Shown here one piece after another: positions 1 through 8,495 of a DNA stretch of 34,670 nucleotides. This DNA is from a virus (taxonomy: Duplodnaviria > Heunggongvirae > Uroviricota > Caudoviricetes): the IMG/VR virus record IMGVR_UViG_2563366941_000005. One strand, written 5' to 3'. Every line of letters starts with the position of its first letter. Position 1 is the stretch's first letter. The position numbers were made by a program, and so were the translations under genes. Below the pieces are notes generated by a model. The model saw nothing but the letters and a program-made list of their open reading frames with translations, ran no database searches and was not told where the DNA came from.

Positions 1-74
1 TCCGTAACGCCTCTGCCACGCGCGTAACGTGACAGGGATTAAGGGTAAACTAACTGATTTTACAAGTTTTTATT

Positions 75-1361
75 TTACCCCACTTTCTTATGGGGCATAC
101 ATGGGACACTTTCAGATAGTCTTTTGTTAAGGAGTTCTATCTGTTCGTGATTGTTGTCTTTCATCCATGCTCCGTAAACATTGAATACCATTTGTGCGTT
201 TGTGTGGCCCATCTGGCTTGCGATAAAACTAGGATTAGCTCCAGCGGCAAGTGACCAGCATGCATAAGTATGCCTGGATTGGTACGATTTTCTGTGTCTC
301 AGACCTGCGCGTTTTAAGATACTTGTCCATGACTCCCTGATGGAGTCAACCTTATAGTGCGGTCCGGAAAACTGCCGCTGTTTTATTACCTGAGGACTAA
401 AAACAAAAGTGCATTTATGCACAGTACTTCTCCCATATTCCCTCTGCTTTACCTCTACAGAATGTTGCTTTCCAAGCATGGTCATTTCCGCCTGACTTTT
501 AAGAGCATCAATAGCTGGTTGAACCAGATGAATTGTCCTTCCGGTGCCAGCATCGGTTTTTGGTGGAGTGAATTCGCCAAGTTTTGTATAATTCCTACGG
601 ATGGTTATAGTCCTTGCTTTAAGATCTATATCTTCCCATGCCAGCGATACCAGCTCCCCGTGACGAATACCCGTGTATACAGCGAGAATCCACAGGTTTT
701 TTGTTTGTTGATGACGGCAAGCCTCAATAAAACGAATAAATTCGTCACGGGTGAGAGGATCTGGTTTTACCTTGGACTTTTTTAAGGGTGCCAGACCGTT
801 AAATGGGTTTCCTGAGGTATAACCATTATCTGTTGCAAATTGAAACATTCCAGCTATGGTTGTCATATAGTAGTTTACTGTGACCACTGAGCGCCCTTTT
901 ATGGAAGAAATCTTTCCATTAGAAAGCTTTTGGTAACCGGTCAACAAATCTCTCCTTGCGAAAAGTAAATCCTCTTTTGTTATGGATGAAACCAGTTTTT
1001 TCTCACCCAACATAGGCAACATGTTTTTAATTACTGACTGGTAACGATTAAGTGCATTCGCACAAATCTCAATTTTCTTAAGGTCCAACCATTTTTCCGA
1101 AAGTGCCTTAACGGTTATCTCTCTTTTTCCCAGACCAAAGTGTTTCAGGTTAGGGGAATTAGGGAACTGTGTGGCGTAGTCGAAACACCCCATTCTGATT
1201 GCAAAACAAACGGAAGTGCGAAGTTCACCTGCGATCTTCCGGTTTTTGGCGGTGTCAGGAACACCGAGGTTTTCTCTGACACGTTTGCCATTATAGTGAA
1301 ACCATATACGGAGTGATCCTCCATGGTTTTCAACGCCTGTCGGGTATGATACGTTACTCAT
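75..1361 (-). CDS. int: Phage integrase, tyrosine recombinase with lambda-Int-like N-terminal arm-binding region
   Basis: 428-aa ORF; C-terminal catalytic region with conserved R..H..R..Y context (HTYACW, GHTNAQM, VYGAWM); GGGAGG RBS 7 nt upstream of ATG at 1361; first gene at prophage left end. Confidence 0.9.
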   Translation of the reverse strand: MSNVSYPTGVENHGGSLRIWFHYNGKRVRENLGVPDTAKNRKIAGELRTSVCFAIRMGCFDYATQFPNSPNLKHFGLGKREITVKALSEKWLDLKKIEICANALNRYQSVIKNMLPMLGEKKLVSSITKEDLLFARRDLLTGYQKLSNGKISSIKGRSVVTVNYYMTTIAGMFQFATDNGYTSGNPFNGLAPLKKSKVKPDPLTRDEFIRFIEACRHQQTKNLWILAVYTGIRHGELVSLAWEDIDLKARTITIRRNYTKLGEFTPPKTDAGTGRTIHLVQPAIDALKSQAEMTMLGKQHSVEVKQREYGRSTVHKCTFVFSPQVIKQRQFSGPHYKVDSIRESWTSILKRAGLRHRKSYQSRHTYACWSLAAGANPSFIASQMGHTNAQMVFNVYGAWMKDNNHEQIELLNKRLSESVPCMPHKKVG

Positions 1362-1394
1362 TAAACCTCCCAGACGTCCAGGAGCATTAACAGG

Positions 1395-1649
1395 TTAACC
1401 GGAACTTGCATTTTTGGCACCTGGTTGTTTCTGGTTTTCGATCCATCGCATAATTTCTTCGATGTTGTACAGGCATTCACTGTAATGCCCAGGATCACCT
1501 TCTACAGCGTAATGGCGGTATTCTTTTCCCTGCATCCATGACTTTCTTCTGGCCCGCTCGATGGTGCCGGGCTTTAGCCCTGTTGATGCAATAAGGACTC
1601 TCTCCGTACACCATTTGCTGGGGGTTATCTGATAGATGATTGTCTGCAT
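1395..1649 (-). CDS. Excisionase-like small protein
   Basis: 84-aa ORF directly upstream of int in the same orientation; size and position typical of Xis; GAGG RBS. Confidence 0.6.
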   Translation of the reverse strand: MQTIIYQITPSKWCTERVLIASTGLKPGTIERARRKSWMQGKEYRHYAVEGDPGHYSECLYNIEEIMRWIENQKQPGAKNASSG

Positions 1650-1667
1650 GCCAACCTCATAAAACTT

Positions 1668-1802
1668 TCATCCACGGCAGTGGCACCACACTTCAAACAT
1701 TCGCTTCACAACTTCACGACAGTAGAAACCGTCAACATCTCGCGTCAGATCATAGCGATTGCCGTAACGCTGGTGGACCCATCGTTCAAATGCTTTATTC
1801 AT
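1668..1802 (-). CDS. Small hypothetical protein (44 aa), below ORF-track cutoff
   Basis: ATG at 1802 preceded by AAGGAAG SD; translation MNKAFERWVHQRYGNRYDLTRDVDGFYCREVVKRMFEVWCHCRG; fills the gap between flanking genes in the same operon. Confidence 0.4.
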   Translation of the reverse strand: MNKAFERWVHQRYGNRYDLTRDVDGFYCREVVKRMFEVWCHCRG

Positions 1803-1805
1803 TGT

Positions 1806-2048
1806 TTACTTCCTTTTCATGGCCCGTAATTTTTTCAGATGAGCTTCCTGTTCTGTTTCAGCCAGGATCTGGTGATATTCTCTGTGATCAATGTGTTCGA
1901 ATAAATTATTGAATTTTCTGATGCACACCCTTCCAGGATAGCCATCCATCCTCTTGAAGAACACTGAGTGATCAGTACTACGAATGATTTTTACTGGATA
2001 GCCAGCGCTATCGGTGTATATCTGACCACGTTGAATCAGAGAGAACAT
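1806..2048 (-). CDS. Hypothetical phage protein (80 aa)
   Basis: ORF tightly packed in the leftward early operon; no recognisable domain. Confidence 0.5.
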   Translation of the reverse strand: MFSLIQRGQIYTDSAGYPVKIIRSTDHSVFFKRMDGYPGRVCIRKFNNLFEHIDHREYHQILAETEQEAHLKKLRAMKRK

Positions 2049-2114
2049 TCGTTTATCCCCAGATAAAAATATAGCAATACCAATTACATAAAATACTTCA
2101 GGCCAAGCATCATT

Positions 2115-3062
2115 TCACCCCTGCGGCGGTTCTGGTAGAGGCATCCAGAACAAGGCGTTCCCTAACCACGATAAAGTGCCGTCGCTCAACTCCACGTATT
2201 CCCCTTGCACCTGGCCTGCCATATACTCACCGTGCTTTGAATAAATTAAAATCCAATCATCTTGATCGGGCATTCGCTCACTACAGCTTATCCAACCATC
2301 CGGAGTTACCGGATAGTTGCCAGCCAGTCTACGCAAAACAGCCTTAACCGCCTCAATACGGTCATCATCGCAACTTTCCAGCGTATCTATGCGATCGAGC
2401 ATGATGATGGCGTTATCAATATCAGGATTGCCGGTCCACTCATTACCGCGATTGGATTCGGCAGCCTGGTTGCCGTGTACTGTTTGATTCTCGGCTTTAC
2501 CCAGTCTGTCGTCGCTGCATGAATGCCCTTCCAGCCAGGCCAATGCTTGTCGCATGAAATACGCAATATGTTTGCCGTGGTAATCGTCTTCATCGATGTG
2601 AAAAGCGATACTGCGGATGTATTCAATTGCGTTTTCAATGGCCTCCGGCGTTATCGGCGCTGACATATTTTGATTTTGGAGTGCCAAGACGCGGCTGGCA
2701 TCCTCAACATCTTTAACTGCATCTGCGCAGTAGTTATAGCGATTGCACTCCACTAACTTCTGCTTGAGATTTTCAATTGCTTGCGCGACATCAGCCTGTA
2801 TTACCGGCACAGGCGGAGCGGCGTACAAAGCAATCAAACTGCCAATTGTTCGCTCTTTCGCATCATCCAGACATGGGTAGGCCGGGGTAGATACAATTGC
2901 ATTATCTCTAAGGTCGTCAGCCATTACCCATGCCACCGGCTCTGCTTCCAGCGAGGCTAACGCTATTTCATAAGCCCGGCGCTCAATATTGTCTCTCACG
3001 TCCAGGCTGCCTATGCGCTCTTTGATTTCTTTAATCAGTTCTTTGTCGGTAAAAGTGCTCAT
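2115..3062 (-). CDS. Phage protein with C-terminal DUF551-like domain
   Basis: ORF ending WMPLPEPPQG (typical DUF551 terminus); start moved to ATG at 3062 with AAGGAG SD 6 nt upstream; N-terminus paralogous to the next gene. Confidence 0.75.
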   Translation of the reverse strand: MSTFTDKELIKEIKERIGSLDVRDNIERRAYEIALASLEAEPVAWVMADDLRDNAIVSTPAYPCLDDAKERTIGSLIALYAAPPVPVIQADVAQAIENLKQKLVECNRYNYCADAVKDVEDASRVLALQNQNMSAPITPEAIENAIEYIRSIAFHIDEDDYHGKHIAYFMRQALAWLEGHSCSDDRLGKAENQTVHGNQAAESNRGNEWTGNPDIDNAIIMLDRIDTLESCDDDRIEAVKAVLRRLAGNYPVTPDGWISCSERMPDQDDWILIYSKHGEYMAGQVQGEYVELSDGTLSWLGNALFWMPLPEPPQG

Positions 3063-3063
3063 A

Positions 3064-3513
3064 TCAATCTCCTTTGGTACCAATGTTTACAGCCTGGCAA
3101 GCCTCTTTGAGCACCCAGTCAACAGCGTCTTTCCATGCTCCGGTTTCGACTGGCGGATTTTCACGCTTAACCTGTTCATAGAAGCGCACTGCTTTAATCA
3201 ATCCTTCTGGTGTCAGTGGCACAGGTGGAGCGGTGAATAACGCCTGAATTTCATAGTTCGGCCTGTCGTTGCAATCCTCTTTTGTCGGTACATATTTCCA
3301 GTCACCAACCCACTGCTCCCCCTGAGAGTCCGTAACGCCTTTTTTCACATAGCGATATCGCCACGCTATCGGCTCTGCTTCCAGCGATGCCTGTGCGATA
3401 CGAAACACATTGGCAAGCAGGCTGTCTGAGGATTGGTTATCGTGCGCTGGGTCGCTCAGGAAGCCATTGATGAATGATTTAATCTTCGAGCTTTCTCTGG
3501 TAATAGTGGTCAT
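3064..3513 (-). CDS. Hypothetical phage protein, N-terminal paralog of the DUF551 protein
   Basis: 149-aa ORF sharing ASLEAEP[IV]AW and APPVP motifs with 2115..3062; AAGGAG SD; stop overlaps the next SD. Confidence 0.7.
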   Translation of the reverse strand: MTTITRESSKIKSFINGFLSDPAHDNQSSDSLLANVFRIAQASLEAEPIAWRYRYVKKGVTDSQGEQWVGDWKYVPTKEDCNDRPNYEIQALFTAPPVPLTPEGLIKAVRFYEQVKRENPPVETGAWKDAVDWVLKEACQAVNIGTKGD

Positions 3514-3514
3514 A

Positions 3515-3540
3515 TCACTCTCCTTTGATGCGAATGCCAG
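3515..3540. repeat. Gene-junction 26-mer TCACTCTCCTTTGATGCGAATGCCAG (copy 1)
   Basis: Exact copy of 4009-4034; encodes the C-terminal GIRIKGE plus stop of the upstream gene and the SD of the next. Confidence 0.9.
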
Positions 3541-4006
3541 TGGTACTCATTCTCCTGATTTCCCAGAGCACACGAGGAACACCACCGTTTCCGACCGGAT
3601 CGCGTTTACTCCGCAGGGCGACGCTTGATTCCGCCCAGCTTTTTCTTGGAGGAAGCTCTTTCACACGAACAAAACCAGCTGCGCGGAGAGATGCTCCTGA
3701 TTCATCTGCCTGGGTGTACGTAATACAACGTTGATAACCCATAGCCTTTGCTGCCCGCCAGACAGCACCATAAAGCGCGCTGTTAGCGTTGCGTTCTCCT
3801 GTGGTACATGTGCGATTTACTTCAAGCGTTAATCCATCGTCCAAATGTCGTGCAACAGGTCTACCGGCTGTCGCCACACCTATCAATTCTCCGGCATCAT
3901 TTCTCAGACCAATGCTGAATTTATGCCCCACCGGGGGTTTATTGTGTCGGTGATGTCTGGATATAAACGCCTTCGCAACACGAAGAGTAACCGGTGAAAT
4001 TTGCAT
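3515..4006 (-). CDS. Hypothetical early-left protein (163 aa), possible acetyltransferase-like fold
   Basis: ATG at 4006 with AAAGGAGAG SD; ends GIRIKGE inside the conserved junction 26-mer; the fold suggestion is a weak pattern impression only. Confidence 0.6.
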   Translation of the reverse strand: MQISPVTLRVAKAFISRHHRHNKPPVGHKFSIGLRNDAGELIGVATAGRPVARHLDDGLTLEVNRTCTTGERNANSALYGAVWRAAKAMGYQRCITYTQADESGASLRAAGFVRVKELPPRKSWAESSVALRSKRDPVGNGGVPRVLWEIRRMSTTGIRIKGE

Positions 4007-4008
4007 TC

Positions 4009-4034
4009 TCACTCTCCTTTGATGCGAATGCCAG
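4009..4034. repeat. Gene-junction 26-mer TCACTCTCCTTTGATGCGAATGCCAG (copy 2)
   Basis: Exact copy of 3515-3540 at the Ea22-like gene terminus. Confidence 0.9.
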
Positions 4035-4734
4035 GGGCGCGTGGCACATTAACTTCCACGATGCGCACTGTTGGTTTGTACATCTCAATCGCTGTCAGCC
4101 AGTCAGCTCCTGTCATGCGCTTTTCCACATCGCCATTAGTCCACTGAACCGGTACACCAATAGCCTTCATCGCGATTTCTATTTCCCCGGCGATGGCGCT
4201 TTTTCCGCAACCAGTAAAACCAGAAACAACGACAAGAACTTCGCCTTTGGCTGGTTTTATTTCCCGTGCTTCCAGTTCTGCAATGCGCTTCTCTGCGGCT
4301 TCCAGCTTCTCGCGCATATCGTCAACGTACTCGACCAGAGATCCGCCAGCAGGAATTTCGCATTCCTCGACCAGTTGGAAGTAGATATCAGCTGCGGCCC
4401 GTGTGTTGCTATGCCTAGCGTCGCCCATCTCACCTTCACGAAGAGCATCGCGTTCGGCGGTAAGATTGGCTATTTTGCTGTCTTTGCCTTCCAGCTCAAC
4501 GCGCAGCCTCCCAACCGTAAGCGCAATATCCTCGTTCTCCTGGTCGCGGCGTTTGATGTATTGCTGGTTTCTTTCCCGTTCATCCAACAATACCAGCGCG
4601 ATATCTGGCGAAAAGTGCTTCATAAAATCGTTAAGCGCATTAATTCGCTGATCGAAAGGCATTACAGGTGCTTCACCAGCAATTTTTGTTTTTTCAGCGA
4701 TTTCACGAAGCTTTTGATAATCAATCTTGCTCAC
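4009..4734 (-). CDS. Ea22-like early-left protein (coiled-coil rich)
   Basis: Start reassigned to GTG at 4734 with AAGGAGG SD 6 nt upstream (GTGA overlap with upstream stop); charged coiled-coil composition; position in the ead/Ea region; ends GIRIKGE. Confidence 0.6.
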   Translation of the reverse strand: MSKIDYQKLREIAEKTKIAGEAPVMPFDQRINALNDFMKHFSPDIALVLLDERERNQQYIKRRDQENEDIALTVGRLRVELEGKDSKIANLTAERDALREGEMGDARHSNTRAAADIYFQLVEECEIPAGGSLVEYVDDMREKLEAAEKRIAELEAREIKPAKGEVLVVVSGFTGCGKSAIAGEIEIAMKAIGVPVQWTNGDVEKRMTGADWLTAIEMYKPTVRIVEVNVPRAPGIRIKGE

Positions 4735-5081
4735 TGGTTGCCTCCTTTGCGAAGCTGTTCCGCCCATTCTTCTAGGGATTTCTCCGCATATTCACCGGAC
4801 AGGCCATCAATCGGGTGTGGTTCATTAGCCAACTCTTCTTTCGCTGACAGAATCATGCGTGTAACGTCGAAAACTTCACGTAAAGACTTATTGATAAATC
4901 CGTGATTGAAAGCCGCAGCAAGACGGCTTGCGGTATAGTTAATACCCTCGTTGCGAGCCTCAGCACGTACTTCATCGAATTTACGCACCAGATACTCAGC
5001 ATTTGTTTCATTCACTTTCAGATCTCGTGGTACACATTTCCCGCGAAGAAACCCTTCCATTTCGAAAACATTCATGCGCAT
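4731..5081 (-). CDS. Hypothetical phage protein (116 aa)
   Basis: ORF translationally coupled to both neighbours; GGAG SD. Confidence 0.5.
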   Translation of the reverse strand: MRMNVFEMEGFLRGKCVPRDLKVNETNAEYLVRKFDEVRAEARNEGINYTASRLAAAFNHGFINKSLREVFDVTRMILSAKEELANEPHPIDGLSGEYAEKSLEEWAEQLRKGGNQ

Positions 5082-5608
5082 TTGCGTAACTCCGATAACT
5101 CGTTAAAACGTTCCATAAACATCCCGTAGGCATGGCCTGGCGACAGTGGAATCACTTTGAACATCTCTGTTGCCGGGATACCTTCCAGTACAGGCCAGAA
5201 AGAGCTATCATCAAGCCCGAGATCGCGACGTTCGGTTGCCAGCATAATGAGATCGGCATATTTCACTGGCGTGCTCATAACAGGAGGTAACCCGTATTTC
5301 TCACGGATTACGGCGTCTATTTTTTCTTCCATCCGTTTATAGTCAGGAAGAAGGCGTTTCAGTGGAGCTGGGATGTCCTGGCAATACGCTTCTGTTGCAT
5401 CATGCATTAACGCTTCAAAAGCAAATTCCTGCGGTACCAGCTGGCTGCAAAGCACCGCATGTTGGGCGACGCTGTAGAAGTGTGAAAGATGTCCTGCAAA
5501 GCGACAGATATTTGAAAGGGAAACCGCGATATCGTTAATCACGATGTCGTCTTTATTTATCTTGTCATAATAAAAATGCTTCCCGGAAAAAGTTTTAATA
5601 AATGACAT
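5072..5608 (-). CDS. HD-domain phosphohydrolase (YfdR-like 5-prime-deoxynucleotidase family)
   Basis: H..(28 aa)..HD motif (AQHAVL ... LMHDATEAY); start moved to ATG at 5608 with GGAGAA SD. Confidence 0.8.
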   Translation of the reverse strand: MSFIKTFSGKHFYYDKINKDDIVINDIAVSLSNICRFAGHLSHFYSVAQHAVLCSQLVPQEFAFEALMHDATEAYCQDIPAPLKRLLPDYKRMEEKIDAVIREKYGLPPVMSTPVKYADLIMLATERRDLGLDDSSFWPVLEGIPATEMFKVIPLSPGHAYGMFMERFNELSELRKCA

Positions 5609-5735
5609 TTTGTTCTCCACGTATATGCGCTGCACCGCGCTGAATTTTGGTTAAAGAAAACCCTCGCCATCAGGCGATTATTGAGTCAATTATGTTTCCA
5701 TAAATGCCCCCGCAGGGGCATTTGCAGTAAGGAAA

Positions 5736-6560
5736 TCAGGCGGTAAAAGTACCAATAAAGGTTTCTACTTTGCTGTCTTTGAATTTCTCAACAAGCAGAT
5801 CACGAAATTCGTTAGCCATTTCTTCCTGCACTGCTTCCAGCTGAATAATGCGCAGAACCAGTACAGGACGATCGCCAGTGATAATGCTGAGGCGTAATTT
5901 AAACGGACGTTCTTGCAGCCCTTCAAACGGAACGCATTTAAATTCAAATGCCACTGGCATAATGTCTTTGGTCTTCGCTTCGACAGATTCCATCAGGGAG
6001 CGTTTGCCGCTGAAGTCATTATCTTCAAAATCAGCGGTCTGGTTTGCTTCAATCGTGATTTTACGGACTGCCGCAGCCGCTTTTGTTGCCTGAATGGCGT
6101 CACCATTAGCATCAAAGCCCACAAGGTAGTCGGCCCAGTCTTCAATCCATTCTGCCAGTGACTTCTGGGAGTTACGCTCGCCGTTAACAGACAACAGGGC
6201 AGAGAACGGTGCTGTCTTTTTCAGTTTGAGAGTGGCGGTGTTATCTGCGTGACCTGGTTCATCAATAGTACCCAGGTTAAGCACACTGACGGCACGCATA
6301 TTATCAGCATCGATAAAGCAGCGGGTGCCTTCATCTGCAAGATCTTTAGAATAACGGGTAAAATCATCGATGCTGGCAGTGGAAAGCGCGCCACGGAAAC
6401 GGAAGCGATTTAAATTAAATTTTTCCAGATCATGAATGCGGAAATTCTCAGGCAATGCCACAGCATCGGCACCAATCTTACTGATAATTTCATTAACACC
6501 CTGAGCAGAAATAAGGGCATGGATTTGATTAATTGCGGTTGCGTCTAAGTTCTGAGACAT
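5736..6560 (-). CDS. DUF2303 / YfdQ-like phage protein
   Basis: 274-aa ORF, same length and position as the YfdQ family next to the HD gene; GAGGA SD. Confidence 0.6.
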   Translation of the reverse strand: MSQNLDATAINQIHALISAQGVNEIISKIGADAVALPENFRIHDLEKFNLNRFRFRGALSTASIDDFTRYSKDLADEGTRCFIDADNMRAVSVLNLGTIDEPGHADNTATLKLKKTAPFSALLSVNGERNSQKSLAEWIEDWADYLVGFDANGDAIQATKAAAAVRKITIEANQTADFEDNDFSGKRSLMESVEAKTKDIMPVAFEFKCVPFEGLQERPFKLRLSIITGDRPVLVLRIIQLEAVQEEMANEFRDLLVEKFKDSKVETFIGTFTA

Positions 6561-6625
6561 AATAAGTCCTCACTATATAAAGATATTCAGTGATGAGATA
6601 AATAATCAGTTAATTAAGAACGATA

Positions 6626-6988
6626 TTAATGACCTGCTGCGCGTAGTTTTCCGTCAGGTTCACCGGCAAGAGTCAGTAATTGTCCCTGGTCTTCCTGCAG
6701 AATAGTCAGGCGACCACCGCGATTGACATACATCGGCGTTTCGGTGGTGTCTTCTTCGGAAATTTTCCCGCGGTTAGTCGGGCGAACATATGAGAGTTTG
6801 TGTTTGATTTTCACACGGTTCTCATCAAATGGTTCGATTTCCAGGTTGAGTGAGACCTTACCTTTGGTTTTCGTGTTCATCACACCGGAAGCGACTTCAC
6901 TGAGAACTGCGCCGATTTTGGTTTCAAATACGCCGCCGTCCAGCTCCCCGATAAATGCCTGCACATCAGTACTGCGTTCGCTAGCCAT
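6626..6988 (-). CDS. YfdP-like small phage protein (about 120 aa)
   Basis: Start reassigned to the internal ATG at 6988 (MASERSTDVQ) with GAGGAG SD; the upstream part of the tracked ORF is compositionally non-protein-like. Confidence 0.5.
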   Translation of the reverse strand: MASERSTDVQAFIGELDGGVFETKIGAVLSEVASGVMNTKTKGKVSLNLEIEPFDENRVKIKHKLSYVRPTNRGKISEEDTTETPMYVNRGGRLTILQEDQGQLLTLAGEPDGKLRAAGH

Positions 6989-7133
6989 TTTGCTGCTCCT
7001 CATCATATCGACCCTGCAAGGTCGGTTAGTTTCTCCACAAAACAGAGAAGAACACCTGCGGTGGCAGCCGCCCGGATGGATTGGGTTATGAGCCCGTCGT
7101 CCGGTGATGCTCTTCTCTGTTTTGTAAAAAGAG

Positions 7134-7170
7134 CGGTACCAGCCGGAAGTAAGTGTACAAACTGGTACCG
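7134..7170 (-). terminator. Candidate leader hairpin / intrinsic terminator in the early-left leader
   Basis: 9-bp inverted repeat CGGTACCAG / CTGGTACCG with a 19-nt loop; on the minus strand it is followed by CTCTTTTTAC. Confidence 0.3.
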
Positions 7171-7658
7171 CCAAAGCAGTGGCTGTTGTGGTGCCGGTGC
7201 TGATCTCCGGCTTGCGGTTATTTCAGACTCTCACGGGCGTTTAATTGCCCCGCCGAACAGCTCTTTTCCGCAATAGCTGCAATGTCTTTCGCGCATCAGC
7301 CTGCGCATTCACCACAACGCTGAGAGCATTGCCGGTGTCCGAATCGAACGGACCTTTTCCCTGCCCAACCCTCCCATCTGAATGGGACTGTCTGGAATTG
7401 AACCAGCACTTATGCCTTGCTCGTCAATGCTCTCATCGTTGCGTCCTGGTCTCTTCCCAGGCGTCAAACCGAATCGCCACGCTGGTTAGGCGTCTTATCA
7501 GCATCATCATTGACTTGCACATTCCGGCTACCTGGTTTGTTTGCCCGAGCAAGGAGTGGATTGTCCCCTTTAACGTCCCCAGACCGCTAACGACGCATGT
7601 GCCATACGCCGTGTTACAACCAAATTTTGTTTAATCTTGCCTGTGGCATGTTTCTTTT

Positions 7659-7692
7659 AGATACATTATGTATCTCAAGGGTACATTGTCAA
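7659..7692 (-). promoter_or_regulatory. Candidate pL promoter with overlapping OL operator
   Basis: Minus strand -35 TTGACA (7692-7687), 16-bp spacer, -10 CATAAT (7670-7665); perfect 17-bp palindrome AGATACATTATGTATCT (7659-7675) and operator-like ATGTATC-N5-GGTACAT (7668-7686) overlap it. Confidence 0.55.
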
Positions 7693-7693
7693 G

Positions 7694-7719
7694 TATAAAA
7701 AAACCTGCCGAAGCAGGTT
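7694..7719 (-). terminator. Rho-independent terminator downstream of cI
   Basis: Minus-strand stem AACCTGC, loop TTCG, stem GCAGGTT, then a 7-U tract, immediately 3-prime of the cI stop at 7731. Confidence 0.75.
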
Positions 7720-7730
7720 ATAAATATTGA

Positions 7731-8405
7731 TTAGGCCTTTATTTTGTATCTTCTTGGTTTTCCTGAGAAAATTACTGTACCAATTATAGAGCAATTACCG
7801 TTAATCTTAATGTAAGGCTCAGGCCAGTTTGGGTTTAATGCTTTGAGATAACGCTGTGTTCCATCTTCTATCAATCGCTTGAAGGTGGTTTCGCCTGTAT
7901 CGTGCATCAATGCAATAACGTCGTCACCGTGGCAGGCAGGGACTTCGGGATCAACAAAAATCATGTCTCCCGGGCGGTACTCATCAATCATTGAATCACC
8001 AATCACCCGCAAGATATAAGTCATTTCGCCACAGGGTACAGGGCAGGGATAAGTTTCTGCTGTGCTCAAATCAACCTCAGAATAGCCAACTTCTTTCCAT
8101 GCTCCGGCCTGTACCCATGATATGACAGGGACTAACGTTATTTGTTTGTTAGTAATTGAAACATCAGGTTTTTTTGTGATGTTTGTTGTCTGGTGTTCTT
8201 GATCAAGCCATCCGACAGGCAGGTCGAAACATTTTTCGATGTGCCGTGCCATGCTGTCACCGATATTTTTAGTAGCACCATCTCCCATAAACCTGCTGGT
8301 CTGGGTTGGCTCGCGATCAATCATGGTGGCAAAGGAAGAATTCCCGCCAACACCATCTCTCAGTTTTCTGGCGTTAGACCGCCGGATGTCATGGACTGTT
8401 TTCAT
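7731..8405 (-). CDS. cI: CI-like prophage repressor (N-terminal HTH, C-terminal S24 LexA-like peptidase domain)
   Basis: 224-aa ORF; C-terminal VIGDSM...GD..FVD...K signature of S24 autopeptidase; divergent from the cro-like gene; no SD upstream, consistent with a leaderless transcript. Confidence 0.85.
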   Translation of the reverse strand: MKTVHDIRRSNARKLRDGVGGNSSFATMIDREPTQTSRFMGDGATKNIGDSMARHIEKCFDLPVGWLDQEHQTTNITKKPDVSITNKQITLVPVISWVQAGAWKEVGYSEVDLSTAETYPCPVPCGEMTYILRVIGDSMIDEYRPGDMIFVDPEVPACHGDDVIALMHDTGETTFKRLIEDGTQRYLKALNPNWPEPYIKINGNCSIIGTVIFSGKPRRYKIKA

Positions 8406-8421
8406 AACGAAATTAAAACCT

Positions 8422-8440
8422 TTGTACCGATAGGGTACAA
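8422..8440. promoter_or_regulatory. Operator, perfect 7-5-7 inverted repeat TTGTACC-gatag-GGTACAA
   Basis: Perfect palindrome in the cI/cro intergenic region; the same half-site family recurs at 8472-8490 and 7668-7686. Confidence 0.7.
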
Positions 8441-8445
8441 GTATC

Positions 8446-8490
8446 TTGAAGGTTCATCTCAATCATGTAATATGTATATCGGAGGTACAT
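8446..8490 (+). promoter_or_regulatory. Candidate pR promoter with overlapping operator
   Basis: -35 TTGAAG (8446-8451), 16-bp spacer, -10 TAATAT (8468-8473); operator ATGTATA-tcgga-GGTACAT (8472-8490) overlaps the -10 and the cro SD. Confidence 0.5.
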
Positions 8491-8495
8491 ATTGT

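Noticed and set aside
357-785. Plus-strand 142-aa ORF inside the integrase gene
   Set aside because: Antisense to a well-supported integrase; typical shadow ORF.
7381-7440. tRNA-like T-arm motif (CTGG-TTCAATT-CCAG) on the minus strand of the early-left leader
   Set aside because: No matching acceptor, D or anticodon arms could be built around it; likely chance resemblance or a short remnant.
7061-7634. Plus-strand ORFs 7061..7276 and 7245..7634 in the early-left leader
   Set aside because: Cys/Pro/Arg-rich, low-complexity translations with no SD; they overlap the predicted leftward leader, and the surrounding operon is on the minus strand.
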